A DNA stretch of 64,000 nt from Paraspadella gotoi (Eukaryota > Animalia > Chaetognatha), in contig CM119266.1 of NCBI GenBank assembly GCA_051294375.1, positions 25,126,659 to 25,190,658 of the forward strand, in the 5' to 3' direction. Positions 1 to 37,276 of this stretch are shown piece after piece. The notes below the pieces were generated by a model. It did not search any database. It saw only the letters and a program-made list of their open reading frames with translations, and had not been told where the DNA came from. Position 1 is the stretch's first letter; each line of letters starts with the position of its first letter. The position numbers and the translations under genes are program-made.

Positions 1-297
1 CTGCGTTGCAAACTTTTTTTTTTGTCTAGTTTGTGTACGTAAACAAATCGCTCGATTTGTTTTTTAGAAAAATGCAAAGTTGCACACATCACCATGACGC
101 GAGTTTGGAGTCGACGACGACGACGACAAGCGACGCCGCCCTCGAAACTGCGTAGAAGCTCTGTAAAACAAATGGACAAACAAAAGAGCCACTTCGGTTT
201 GCGACGAAGAACGATGGCGACGACATAGACGAAACCAAAGATTTATTTTTTCCTATTTATATTTATATTACGACGAGATATAAAGCAAATGAACAAA

Positions 298-1975
298 TAT
301 CGCTACGGTTTTATGAATGAATTATAAGAAGAAGAAAACAACACGTAAAACTAAAAAACCTCAACACGTCGCATCGACCCTGTAAGTTAAAGAAACATTC
401 AATAAGAGTCAGGCTCGAATCCGCCCCGATTGTTTCTATTGCCGACGAGAGCGACCCCCCACTGGCGGAGGCCAACCACCACATTTACCTTGGGCCCCCC
501 GGGTAGCCCAGGAGGTGGGGAGGGGCGAGCCCGGAGTTAAAACTCATCGGATCAATACGACAGAATATTACGAGGGATAGTAGTATTCAACATATATATT
601 CATATATTGTGAGTAAACCAGAAGCGGAGAGAGTAGGGGGTTAGGGAGAGGGAGGAGTAGCCGGACCGAGTCGAAGTTGGCCTGATTTCAGTATTAAGCG
701 CGAATTTAAATTGAATTCGTCAAAGAGGAGAATAGAGTTTTACCAGTAGTTAAGATTTGAATTATTGGCCCCATTTTACTTATATGAGGAGTTTGAATTT
801 GACTACTCGCGTCCACATGTCTTGTCGGCAGCTTTTTAATTCTCTTTAATCGATCTACCGGGATATATAACCTCTTGCGGTCTGTTCGCGTAAAGCAATC
901 CGAAACTTATGTGATGATTAATATAAACTCAGTCCCCACAAATTCATTATTTGCGTAGGATTTGATGATCCGATCGTGAGGATGATTTTATAGTTTTTTG
1001 TTTCGGTGTTTTCGAATGTTCGTACATTCTTTTAGATGATGAAAGATTGCAGAAGAGAGAGAGAAGATTTGTGGACGATGCAGAGCCAGAGAGAGTAGAA
1101 GTGATAGAAAGCGAAGAATAAGCAGGTAAGACACAGACCAGGAGAGAAAGGATGCATTTTTTCTCTAAAGGTGCTGGTTTTTCGTTTCTACACCATAGTC
1201 ATAAGTTTGAATCCAATTTTGCAAGAGCACATAAGTAAGACACACAACGAAACAAAGAATGAAGGGATAAGGCGCCACACTTGTTTGCGAGCTTTGTAGC
1301 TCTCATCCAAAACACTCTGCGCGAAAGTCTGTTCGTTGTGTGGTCGTTTCTATTACGTGTGACTTCGGGGATCCTGTTTCGCTTTTCTTCTTCTCTCCTG
1401 GCTCTCTCCTCTTCCTTCCACCTTTTATCTTTCTTCCTCACTTTCTTCTTTCCCTCTCATACTTTTCTCTCTCTTCGCTTCGTCTTCTCTTCTCAGTCTC
1501 TTACCTCATCATCCCTCGCCTCTTTCATTCCTTCTCTTCTTCTTCGACTCTCGACACTCTCGCTACCCGATCTTCCTCTCGCCTCTTCTTTCACCTATCT
1601 TCATTCATGACTAATCTGTGTGAGGAATTCCTTTGCTTGCTCGGCCTCTCTCCTGTATCCTCATAAAAACGTCCGTCTCGTTCTGACATTCCTATTTTCT
1701 CTGGCTCTCTTTCTTTCTTGGATATTCTCCCTCTCCTCTCTCTGCTCTCTCTCCGTCATCTGCTCTCCATTTTCTCTCTCTTTCTCTCTCNNNNNNNNNN
1801 NNNNNNNNNNNNNNNTATTCGCTACCGGTTTTATGAATGAATTATAAGAAGAAGAAAAAAAAACAACCGTAAAACTAAAAAACACAAACGTCGCATCGAC
1901 CCTGTAAGTTAAGAAACATTCAATAAGAGTCAGGCTCGAATCCGCTCCGATTGTTTCTATTGCCGACGAGAGCGA
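298..1975 (+). repeat. About 155-bp direct duplication (298-454 and 1816-1975) spanning a 25-N gap; third degenerate copy inverted at about 11890-12080
   Basis: Shared string ...ttatgaatgaattataagaagaag...gtcgcatcgaccctgtaagtt...aataagagtcaggctcgaatccgc...gccgacgagagcga. Confidence 0.85.
1791..1815. other. Assembly gap, 25 N (identical 25-N gaps at 6540-6564 and 36740-36764)
   Basis: Counted N runs. Confidence 0.98.
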
Positions 1976-2119
1976 TAAAAACTCAATCGCAATCAATACA
2001 CATTACGCATATAGTATTAACTAATCTCCTCTTTTCTCTGTCTTCCTCTCAAATCCTCACGGCTTAATCTCTGCTTCTTCACGACGTTTGGCAATCAGAA
2101 GAGTGACAGATGCGGAAAC

Positions 2120-2176
<57 letters not shown>

Positions 2177-3188
2177 GAGAGAGAGAGAGAGTGAGTGTGA
2201 GAGAGAGAGAAAGATAATGAGAGAGGAAAAAACGAAAGGAGTTAACTCGATTGTAGAATCCGCGAAAGTCGCACATAAATAACAATCACTCGCGTGAAAA
2301 AAGACTTGTCCCACTTTTGTCTCTGACTGTGAATGGGATCTTTGATTGTCGAATTCAACCCTTCAGATGTTCGGACTAATCAAGGTTCCGCTTTAATCCA
2401 CATTACGCTATAATCAGAAACCAGTCATCGGCATTTCGGTTTCCTTCTTGCTTTATCTCACAGCAGGGTCTCGACTCACCAGCTCGCGGAATCATAATTG
2501 GTGAAACTCACAGAACCTGAAAAGAAGGGGAAATGATTTCCTCACTTTTGAAAAACAAACCGGGGGTTTGAAGAAGGAATAAAAATGAGGGGAAATTATA
2601 GGTGAAGATTGAAGAGGAAGGAAATGATAAAATTCTTGTCTTGCCTCGCTCCGACATCTTCTCTCTTTCTTTTTTTCTTTTTATTCTTCATTTATTTCTT
2701 TCTCTTTTTTTCTTCTCTTCTCTCTATCTTTTTGATTCTTTCTTTGTTCTTTTTTCTTTCTGGTCAAAGTCCAACATCAAAGTCGGAATAACCTCGACGA
2801 ATCTCTTCGAAGGTCAGTAAAAAAAAAGTAATCATGGGTCAGATATAAAAGGTCAGAACGGTGAGTTAGATCTATCGCTCGCGTCTTTCTCTCTCTCTAC
2901 TCACTCGCGCCAAGGGAAGGCTTTTTGCCAAACTCGACGCGATGAGTTCGAGGGAACTTAAAAAACTGTGCAACAAGGTGTGCCCAAATCACGGTGCAAC
3001 AAGGTGTGCCCAAATCACTGTGCAAGGATGTGCGTAGTTAAAATGAGTTCGAAAAAAAAAACGAAAATCGAGAACCTAAAACTTAAAAAAAGAAAAAAAG
3101 AATCGAAATAAAAAAAGAAAGGAAATATAAAAAAGAAAGGAAAGATCCTAAACGTCGAAGAGTCAAACGCGATATAAACAAACCCGCG

Positions 3189-3682
3189 NNNNNNNNNNNN
3201 NNNNNNNNNNNNNNNNNNNNNNNNNNNNNNNNNNNNNNNNNNNNNNNNNNNNNNNNNNNNNNNNNNNNNNNNNNNNNNNNNNNNNNNNNNNNNNNNNNNN
3301 NNNNNNNNNNNNNNNNNNNNNNNNNNNNNNNNNNNNNNNNNNNNNNNNNNNNNNNNNNNNNNNNNNNNNNNNNNNNNNNNNNNNNNNNNNNNNNNNNNNN
3401 NNNNNNNNNNNNNNNNNNNNNNNNNNNNNNNNNNNNNNNNNNNNNNNNNNNNNNNNNNNNNNNNNNNNNNNNNNNNNNNNNNNNNNNNNNNNNNNNNNNN
3501 NNNNNNNNNNNNNNNNNNNNNNNNNNNNNNNNNNNNNNNNNNNNNNNNNNNNNNNNNNNNNNNNNNNNNNNNNNNNNNNNNNNNNNNNNNNNNNNNNNNN
3601 NNNNNNNNNNNNNNNNNNNNNNNNNNNNNNNNNNNNNNNNNNNNNNNNNNNNNNNNNNNNNNNNNNNNNNNNNNNNNNNNNN
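3189..3682. other. Assembly gap, 494 N. The inverted copy at 9499-9904 spans the equivalent GA-rich sequence.
   Basis: Gap flanks match the reverse complement of the sequence on either side of 9499-9904. Confidence 0.9.
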
Positions 3683-4366
3683 ACAAGAAAAAATATAGAT
3701 TTCGACGCATTTCATAAAAGCCACAGGAAGCAGTGATGGGTGAGGGGGTAGCGGAGTGACGGGAGCACAAAGAGAATGAGGCGGGTTGGGGACTCACCTT
3801 CAGAAAATGGAAAAGAATTGAAAAAAGATAAAAGGTGAGGAAGAAGACGGGATGAAGAAGCGAAACAGATCCCTCGATCGATCTGACGCCCAAAGACTCG
3901 CAAATGTTTGGATGGGACGAGCCAAACAAGTTTCGCTTCTTACCCTCTTCCATCTTTTTTTTCTTTTTTCTTTTGCTCTTTTGCAAAATTTCAACTCTTG
4001 TAAACAAACAGACTTGAAAAAAATTTCACCTCTGGTGACGATTATTTTCTTTTCGTTTTTCCTTACATAGCGATAAATTCGAATTTAAGAAAAGGGTATA
4101 TTGTGGACGAACATCTAGAACACGCAACCAAAAAAAAACCCTCATTTTTTTCGAAGTACTTAACAAACAAGATTGAGGGGACGGACCGACGGACCGACTA
4201 AAAAACTGGGGGGAGTCAAACAACCGTAATAGTTAAAAAGCAAATTTAAACTACACGCCCATCATTAATCGCGCACTCCGCTTACTTTCCCTCCCTTCTC
4301 CCCACCCCCTACTCTCCGCTCTTCACCCTCTTCCCTCCCACCCCCTACTCTCCTTCAACTCCGCAG

Positions 4367-27656
<23,290 letters not shown>

Positions 27657-27970
27657 TGCGGACGGACGGACGGACCCGACGGATTTTTTTTTTTTTTTCG
27701 GCTCCGGAACTTCGGCCGATTTTCTCGGCCGGCGACGCCGGAAGAAAAAAAAAAAGGAAAGACTCGAGGGAAGCGACGAAATAGGAAAAGTGATCACTTT
27801 TTTTTATAAAGACGACGAAATACAAAAATGGGGAAAAAAACAAAACGAAAAACAAAACTCATACTAGAAACGACGTCGACTAAGAACGAGGACGAGTCTC
27901 GTTTCTCCCCCTGGCGGCGACGAAATCGTCGCCGAAAGAAAAAGAACTGCCATCTAAGCGGCGGGGAAGA

Positions 27971-28053
<83 letters not shown>

Positions 28054-30755
28054 TAGTACGCGGCATCTTTCTCGATGTTTTTCCCCGCCGCGTCTTTTTT
28101 TTCCAAGTTTTTTTTTTATTAATTTTCGAGAGTCTCTCAAAAGATGAAAACGGATTTGTTTCTTCCGATTCGTTTAACTCCCTTAAGAAGGCGCCATCTT
28201 GTTTTTTTTTTTCTCTTTTAATGTGGGAGGAAAAACGTCTAATGAAAAATGATAAAAAAAATTCCATCGATCGCAACTAGTTGTGGAGACGAAGTCCCCT
28301 AATTTCTTTCTTATTTTTTTTTAAATTTGTCCCTTAATTTTTTTTTCACCCCCTCCCAGCTTCACCCATCGCATTCGCGAAACGCGTGTACACACCGTGC
28401 CTTAACATTCGCACGCTTCAAACATAACTACTTCTTTAAAATAAAATAAATCTACTTAATACTTGTTATCGTGCACGAATTGTTTATATTTTTTTGGTTT
28501 TTTTTTTAAGTAGAGTATTTATGTTGTGTCCAGGGAATACGTTTTACACCTACGCAATATATACAACAAATATTTTTCCAAATCGTTCATTGTTTGATTC
28601 GTTTTAACTAAATGCTCCATTCTTTACAAAATTATTGAACAGCCACAAGAATATTGTACAGATTGTCAGATTAGAAATCTTTTTTTTTTGTCCGTTGATG
28701 TTAATGTAGTTAAAATAAATCATTTTTGAGTTAGTCATATCTCATGCTTAAGATACATATATGCGATCGAATGTTATGTATAGGTTTTATACATCGTGTT
28801 GCTCGTCTCAAATCTCATGTTTGTAATTGGTTATTTAATAAGAATTACTGTTACGTGATCCAAGTTGCATACTTTTTATGTGATCAGTTTTCCCAGCGAG
28901 TTTTTACCACAGTATCGAGTCAGATTGCTTTCACTGCCCTTTTAAAAAAAAAAACTTAACCGATTCAATAGGCGATAATTTTTCACGAAATGATGCCTAC
29001 GATGTCAACCAAATAAGAGCCCTAAGGTGCCAATATTGTTTTTTTTTTTTTTTTTTTGCTTTTCTTAACCGCATCGCCAACAGCATTTTCTCCATTTCGA
29101 CATCCATCCAATTGTATCCTTTTTTTCTTATCCTTAGGCCGAAATTTGTATCATTTTATTTCATATCGGAATAAAATGATATTCGTTCGTGCTCCGGCCT
29201 TTTCGATTCTAATGGTGCTAACAATGTGTACACTGTACAGTGAATATACAATTTGTAGACCTTCGACGTATAACTATTACTAAACTGATGTTCACACGGG
29301 AAATCAGCTAATTCTCAAAATTAATCCTTTTTTTTTATTTTGCTAAATGTTTTTAAAAAATAATGGGCAACCGTTCAATCCGCAATAACGCTTCTTCTCT
29401 CTATTATTTTTTTTATGTGAAATCGTTAAACTTTTTTTTTCTTTGGCCGCATTATAAAAAAAAATAGTTTGAACATTTGGAAACGAACTTTTTGACGCAT
29501 CTTCGTATTGACTGAGGAAATGACGAATGCTAGACCAAATGTTCCGACAACAAAAATTCATTTTCATAGTTGAAGCCCCTTCCTACCCAAAAAAAATTTG
29601 CTGTGAACTGCCGACTTAATTCATGTTTTTTTTTTAATTCGGGTCTCTTGAAAACGTTTGTTAGCGAATTTAATGGGACCGAAATCACGACATTTTTATG
29701 CATAGAATTTCCGAGTTTTTTCTATTTTATTATTAAAAAAATGAATGAGTTTTAACAGTGAGAAACAATTAAAAATGAAAGGAGTTTTCTAGCAAGGACA
29801 TTTGGTTATAGTAGATGAGCCCGTTTTATGATATAAATCAGATAGTAATATCAGATGAAAATTGAATTAATTAATTGAGAGAGAGAGAATGATGAGCAAA
29901 TTGATCAATGTTCAGTATATCGAAGCAGTACAAAATTTCAAAAAAGTAAACAGCTGTCAATTTTAGAGATTTCACCAAATTGTCAAAATATTTATCAGAA
30001 CAATGGCTCTCTTTTCGTAGAGCGCCCCATTTCTGTTCCTTTATTCCGGAATATAATTTTAATCTTAATACTTAGTTTACACATGTTTTTAAACCTGCAA
30101 TCCAATTAATTAAGTTAATTAATGTAACAGTTTAATTTGTGAATTATCTGAAATGAGATTGAGTTCCTCAATCTCATTTGCATATTGTCGTATTCTGATT
30201 AAGCTTTGATAAATTATTATATTTTTTAATTCTGAATTTAATATAAAATGGGGCGTTTTGGAAAAATAAGGCTCAACCGACTAAAAAGAACATTAAAGTT
30301 GTACGTGTTCGCAGAGCGATTTTAAGGAGAATAAAATATTTTCTTTAAAAGAAGAAATTTTTTCACTTTAAATATTTAATAAACGCGCAATGGACTAAAA
30401 AATCAAAATTAGTAAAGAAAAAATAACAAATCAAACAACAGACAATAACAGCGAAAAAAAGCTTTATCAAAAAAGAAAAAAAAAAGAAGGTAAAAGGTTG
30501 AAAACCCATCGCCATTTGTGGTTGTATTACTGATTGTGGTTGTATTACCGATTCGTGGATCAACAGTTCGGAGTCAAGGGGAGAAGGCGTAAAAAAAAAC
30601 CGTCTGCTATTTTTCCAGTTTGGCCTCGTGATCATGACCCCGCAGATCCAAGATTTGACCCTTTGATCCAGGCTTGACTCTTTGAACCCGACGAGACCCT
30701 TGGACACCGCTTCACTCTTTTCAATCCATGGGACTACAACGTTTAAATGAGCTCG

Positions 30756-30793
<38 letters not shown>

Positions 30794-31189
30794 TCGGCCA
30801 AATTTGTTGTATAATGGATCAGAGGTTTCGTCTTAAACTTTTTGTCTCCATCCCGTCTCGACAGATATATAATTCTCATTAATCACCGAGCTCGTTTTGT
30901 TTAGTAGATTAATAATTTACAAATTTTTACTATTTCAAGTAGGCGTTAATGGGGGAAGAATAAGAAAACAAAAAAAGCGACGAGATTTTTAAATGGGGGT
31001 GAGAAAAAACTTAATGATACATAAAAAAAAGAAATGTATTTCATATTTCTTATTAATTTTAATCATATTCATATTTTTGCAGTCGTAAGTTGTGAGCAAT
31101 GGGTCATGATTTCGTGAATAATTTCTTAATTTTGGGGGGATTTTATAATTTTCTACTTTTCTTTTTATTTAATATTTCGTCATCTTCTA

Positions 31190-31500
31190 AATCCACAACC
31201 TCATCTTCACAACCCACTTTCTCATCTTCTCAACCCACATCATCTTCCCACCCACGTGTTCATTCTTCTCCTCAACCACTTTCATCTTCTCAACCCACTT
31301 TCTCATCTCTCACAATCTCTTCAAACCCACTTCTTCTTCTAACCCACATCATCTTCACAAACCCACTTTCTCATCTTCTCAACCCACTCATCTTCAACCA
31401 ACTTTTTCATCTTCTCAACCCACCTCATCTTCAACACAACTTTTCGATCCTCTCAACCCACATCATCTTCACAACCCACTTTCTCATCTTCTCATCCCTC
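31190..31500 (+). repeat. Degenerate minisatellite, unit of about 17-22 bp (catcttctcaacccactttct)
   Basis: More than ten recurrences of catcttc(t/a)caacccac. Confidence 0.85.
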
Positions 31501-31635
31501 TTTCATCTCCTCTGGGCTAAAACTCCCCACGTTCATCCCCCTTCTCCCCCACATCCCTCCGCCCCCACTACTCTGCCCTGTTCTTCGTCCTCTTCTCAAC
31601 CTGACCCTCATTAATTTCATCGAAAAAATGTTTGA

Positions 31636-31676
<41 letters not shown>

Positions 31677-32332
31677 AGGTGAGAAACGAACTTTCGCAGA
31701 CTCGCCGGTAGGAAGAGACTCGCTCTCTATTTTAACCACGCAAAACCTCTCTCTCTCTCCTCACTCTCTCTCTCTCCTCTCTCTCCTCTCTCTCCTCTCT
31801 CTCTCTCTCTTCTCTCTCTTTTCTCTCTCTCTCTCTCTCCCTCTTTTTCTCTTTCCCTTCTTTACCAAAGTGCAGTTGTTGCGAAACGATGATTTGTGAT
31901 CTTGTTCTGCTCCGACTAAAACTCCTGCTCTTAAAATATCTACATTTTTTTAATATTTTAATATTTTTCTAAAAATATTAATCATCTTTTTTTATCACAA
32001 AAAAAATTTGGCAGGCAAATAGTTTTTAATATTTTTTTTCTTCTCATTTTTGCTAATGGCCAGTCACAGACGCGGCAAAAACGAATTTACACCCCCTCAT
32101 ACCCGGCATATAAAAAAAAGGCCTCTAGAAAAAAAATTTTGAGTTATTAAAAAAATGTTTGGCCGACCCTTAACACAAAGCACCGTCTCCTTTTTTGAGA
32201 CTTGAGATTTTTTGATCTGATTGGGATTTTGTTTTTCCCATTTGATTCAATTTTTGCCCTTAACTTTCTCAGCCCATACGATTTTTATTCGTGTGAGAGA
32301 GAAGAGAGAGGAGAGAGAGAGAGAGAGAGAGA

Positions 32333-32373
<41 letters not shown>

Positions 32374-32640
32374 TAAAGAAGCGGAAAGAGGGTTTACGAA
32401 GACCATTTTCCAGAGCCTAAACTTGAAGCCAAACCTCGGTTGTAATTAATCAAAGTTAAAAAAATATTTCTCCTCGATCCTCCTCGTCTTCTGACGGCGG
32501 CTTAGATCGATAGGGTATCGCTTTTAAAAAAAATAAATACAATTTATAAAATCGTCAACATCGTGGATGAAGGAAGAGAAAAGCTGATGTTCATCATTCT
32601 GTAAATTCTGACCAAGTAAGTTGAAATCTCTCTCTCCTCT

Positions 32641-32708
<68 letters not shown>

Positions 32709-34754
32709 AAGCCAGCGGACACGTACATCACACCAAGCGCGCAAACTCCTAATAAAAACGTACGCGCCTCGACGGTTTGTTCAAGCGTGGACGAAGGTTC
32801 CTCCGCCCCATCCGTCCCCCCCCCATACGCCCGAAAGGTTCCATCAAGTCACGAAATTCGCCGCCTCCATCTCTCTCCCTTTTTTTACTGCTCCACGTTT
32901 GTGACTTTCTGCTCCTCCTCCTTCTCCTCCTCCGCCCAGGATCACAGCTTTTCCTCTTCAATTCAAACCCCCCCCAAACTTACCCCAATTAAAATCCCCC
33001 CCTTCTTTCCCTTACACTTCCCCTCACCCCGAAAAGCCTCTCGCCATGAAGCGGCGCCAATTTCGGGCGGCGCCCTTCGTGACGCCGCTGTTCACGGCGG
33101 CGCAGGGTGAGGAGAACGACGCCTTCAATCGAGTCATGATTCCGAGGACGCGGCAGCAGGACAAGTTTAAAAAAAGTAGGGTCGATCGAAGGGGGGGTCG
33201 GGGAAGGTGGAAGGTGGAAGAAAAGAAAACGAACTCGAGTTTAGGATGAGGAAGAGTAACTCTGCTTTGGGTGGGTGGAGTTAGCTTCGTGTCGAAAGGT
33301 ATTTTTAGTGTTCGATTATAAATTAATGATACGAAACTGAACACTTATCTTCTATCAGTTCTTGTTTTTTATAAATGCATTTCGTAGCTTAATTCGAGAA
33401 AAAAAAAAGAATTGTAATAACCGCAGTTACTTCTGAAATGTGAGACCAAAATATATTCTCTAAATACCTGATACTGTAAACGAATTGAGAAGCACGAATC
33501 GATTTTCCTACAAACTTTGTAGCCAGTCTAAAAATATTCAGAGGCCGAGGCAGTTAAAAAAAAAAAGTTTTAAAACTGGGCGGACTTGGTTAAAAGTTGG
33601 AACAAATTGGGGAAGACGGGAGATGGTAAAGATAAAATGGAAAGACAAATTGAAACGTTTTGTTTCTTCCTTAATTCTATTTTTATTTTTGAGTAAATGT
33701 ACATTGAAAATGTACGGCGCTGTAAGTTTAAAAACCATTGTACATATGTCTGTCCTATTATGTCCATTATGCAAACGGATTCAAAGCTCGTCGTTAATTG
33801 ATAGACGAAAATTACTGAAGAAGAACGACCGATTGAATCAATTTATAATTCCGCTTAGTAATAATGAAAAAAAAAACTAATTTCATGAGCCTCATAAAAA
33901 AAATTACGTAACTCGTGCCGACGTCAGACCAACGATGAAGACGCTGGACGCTGACGTGATTCGACATTAACCTGATTAAGTTTCGGAATTTCGTTGCCCA
34001 AAAAGAAAAAAGAAAAAGAAGAAGAAGAAAATTTACGAATTCCGAATGTAATTTATTAAAAACTGAAGGAGACCCCCGAGTTCCAAAGGGCGCCTTCGAA
34101 GGAGAGAGAGAGATGATGAAAGTTTCGAGCGAAGGAGTTTACATTTTCGCCGAGAATGTAGCCCGCCTGTTACTAGCCCGGCTGTTACGAGCCAAGTTTT
34201 TTTTTCTCCTCTGAAGTCCGGGGGAGATTGAAGTTAAAGAGTTCTGGTAGTAGGATAAAGGTTACCGAAAAAAAATATTTCTCGACAACCTTAAGATTGC
34301 AAACTTGTTGGAAAGCGTTTAGCGATTAACTTCTAAAAAATTTGTTGGTCTGGAATATGCAAAATGAAATAAGAATCATATGACGCCTCCATTAACTTAT
34401 ATTGATTTAAATCTGATTGAAATTGATTGAAATTGAAAATACGAAATACCAAGCAAGGTAAAATTGTATTTAAAAAAATATAATTTTGTATACTGCTATT
34501 TATTTTCGGATTTAATTGAAATCTTATAAAGCTAATTTTATATACCCAAAAAAGGAGTTAAAATCGGCATAATGTTTCTCTTTCACGAAACTTCATCGCG
34601 CGCCCTCTGCGTCTAGAAAAAAAAATTAAATAAAAAACAAAACAAAAGTGATTCTTTGAAAACTAAAGAGGTTTCGAAGAGGCCGTCTTGTGTGGCGGAA
34701 AAAGGGAAGCCTTCTTATCTTCCAGGGGACTAAAGATCTGGGATCCTGAATGAG

Positions 34755-34837
<83 letters not shown>

Positions 34838-34838
<1 letters not shown>

Positions 34839-35370
34839 CCTTTAAAAAAAAAACCGGAGGGGGGGTAGGGGGCGATAACTGAGAAAGGGGGCGAAAAACG
34901 TTTTCAAAGATAAAGACGAAATGGAAAACAAGAACAGAAACTGGAAGATGCCTCTTCAACCCCCCCCCTCTCTCTCTCTCGTCTTCTCTCTCTCCATCTC
35001 TCGTCTCTCTCTCTCTCTTTCCCCCTTTAAAAAAAGAACCGGAGGGGGGTAGGGGGTGGCGAGTAGACTGAGAAAGGGGTGAGGGTGTGGAGGCGCGCGA
35101 AAAAACGTTTTCAAAGATGAGAGAGATCGAAAGTAAAAGAACAAGAAACTGGAAGATTTGCTCTCTCAACCCCCCCCCTCTTCTCTCTCTCTCGATCTCT
35201 CCTCTGTCTGCTCTTTTCCCCTTTAAAAAAAAACCGGAGGGGGGGTAGGGGGGGGCGGAATTAACTTGAGAAGGGGAAAAACGTTTCGAAGATTGAAAGG
35301 ACGCGAAAATGAAAACAAGAAACAAGAAAACGGAAGATTGCCTTTACTCTCGCTCAAACCTTCCCCCCCG
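34838..35370 (+). repeat. Three tandem copies of a roughly 180-190-bp unit
   Basis: ccctttaaaaaaaa(a/g)accggagggggg(g)tagggg...aaaacgttt...aacaagaa...ggaagat starts near 34838, 35023 and 35219. Confidence 0.85.
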
Positions 35371-36764
35371 CCTCTCGTCTCTCTGCTCATGAATCTCTCT
35401 CTCGTCTCTCTCGTCTCTCTCTCTTCTTGTCGATCCGTCGACGTCTCGTCGGGCTCTCTCTCGTCTCCTCGTCTCCTCGTCTCTCTCTCATCATGATTGG
35501 GCTTTTTCTCTCCAGTTGCGGATTCGTAAGGGAGAAAGTTGATTCTTATCTTATTTTTTTTCTTATTTTCGCTTCACCGCTTTTTCCGTTTTTGAGTCAA
35601 AAATCTGTCGGAGAGTTTGTTTTAACTGTAAAGATCGAAAGAAGGAGGGATTGTGCGTACAGTGAAATACGGATTTAAATAGGGAGGGAAGTTCCTCTTG
35701 GTATTTGTAAAATTTGTTAAGGTTTTTTTTCCGATTAGTTAAAATGAAACTTACGTACTGACTTAGTTTTTTAATGAAATATACAAAGTTCGACTCGGCC
35801 TTCGGGTAATAAATAAATTAAATTTAAAAGATTTTGAAAGATTACATAGATTTTGAAGCGAGATAACTTTAAGAATAAAATTTTCAAAAACACTGACCCG
35901 TAATGAGAGAATAACCTCTTTCTCACACACACCAAAAAAAAACAAAAATCTTTATTTTCCCATAATATAATAAAAACATACTAACTCTCTTCGACGCCCA
36001 CAACCCTTTCATTTTCAACGCGAGCATCTTTAAGCTATAAACCGTGATTTAATATTGAGGCGCAGTTCGAATCGAATCGCCCGGGGAGCGAGTACGCAAT
36101 CTTCAAGTCGGGGTGGATAAAAAAGTAAGCGGTGAAAGAAATCGGGGGTGGGGTGAGGGGGTGACTTTGGGGCGAATATGGGGACCTCGTGAACCATAGA
36201 ACTTAACTCCAAAGGATTTCTACGTGAATTTAGAAAAATATTCTAAATGTTAATTTGTAGAACGTTTACTGATTATAAAATATACATATAATGTAAGTCT
36301 TTTTTTTTTCAGCAGAAATGAAATCATACGTCACATTAAAAATTCAGTAATATATATTTATATATAACGAATTGCATCCTTTTTGTTTATTTGAGAAAAA
36401 TTAATCAAAATATGTGATGAAATTTCTGGCACTTGATTTATGAGCTTGAATATTCTCTTCGCCCGGTGAACCACTTATGCGTGTGAACGCACGAGGTGAG
36501 AACAAAGGGCAAACGCGCGGTGAGACGGAACAAAGGCCGGGTGAATTTGGGGTGAGAGTGCAAGAGTCTCGGAGGACTCACGAGTTCACAACCCAATCGA
36601 TGTTTTGGGAGGATCCGTTTTTGTTGTTGTCGTTGTTGTTGTGACGAAGCTGAAAATAGGGCGAATGGAGAGATTAGGATTAATGAGGATCGACAAAGAT
36701 TTCGTTCGATTTTAGAGAAGAAAAAAAATTGTGAAAAACNNNNNNNNNNNNNNNNNNNNNNNNN

Positions 36765-37245
36765 TTGTTAAATGAAAATACCCCTGAGCCACCTCCCTCC
36801 CCGGATCAAACCCCCTCTATCTCCCTTTCTACCCCCGATTTCTTCCTATTTCAACACTCCGCAACCTCACCGTTTCCCCCCCAGCAGTGGGTTCGCCTGT
36901 TTTAAACCTCGAGGGATTTCTTTTTCTTTCTCGAAAACCTCGGATGTTTTTAATTTTTCTGAAAAACTTAATAATGAACAAATTGTTGCGGAAGATTTAT
37001 CGCGTTAGGGTCGCCGTAAGCCGCGGAAAAAGGGTGATGATAGTAGAGAGAGAGAGAAGAGGCAGAAAGGGAAAGAAGAAGAGAGGATGAGAGAGAGGAG
37101 TAGAGAGAGAGAGAAGAGAGACGGTATGAAAGATTAGTAAATATCATAGAGAAAAAAGAAAGAGAAAAAAATTTTAATTAAAAACTCGAGGGAAAGACAT
37201 CCAGGAATGGGCTAGACTCTCTTTCTCTCTCTCCTCTCTCTCTCT

Positions 37246-37276
<31 letters not shown>

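Noticed and set aside
460-540. GPPGSPG...GEPG-like fragment on +
   Set aside because: In a garbled stretch beside a gap, with no splice sites or stable frame
2969-3030. 25-bp tandem repeat (gtgcaacaaggtgtgcccaaatcac) and the 14-bp triplicate at about 22353-22395 as CRISPR-like arrays
   Set aside because: Adjacent units without spacers, eukaryotic context, no cas genes
30600-30750. GC-richer block with an open minus frame (SKGLVGFKESSLDQRVKSW) and faint collagen-like words in another frame
   Set aside because: No convincing splice sites, partner exons or Gly periodicity
31099-31614. 171-aa Ser/His/Leu-rich ORF
   Set aside because: Product of the minisatellite at 31190-31500
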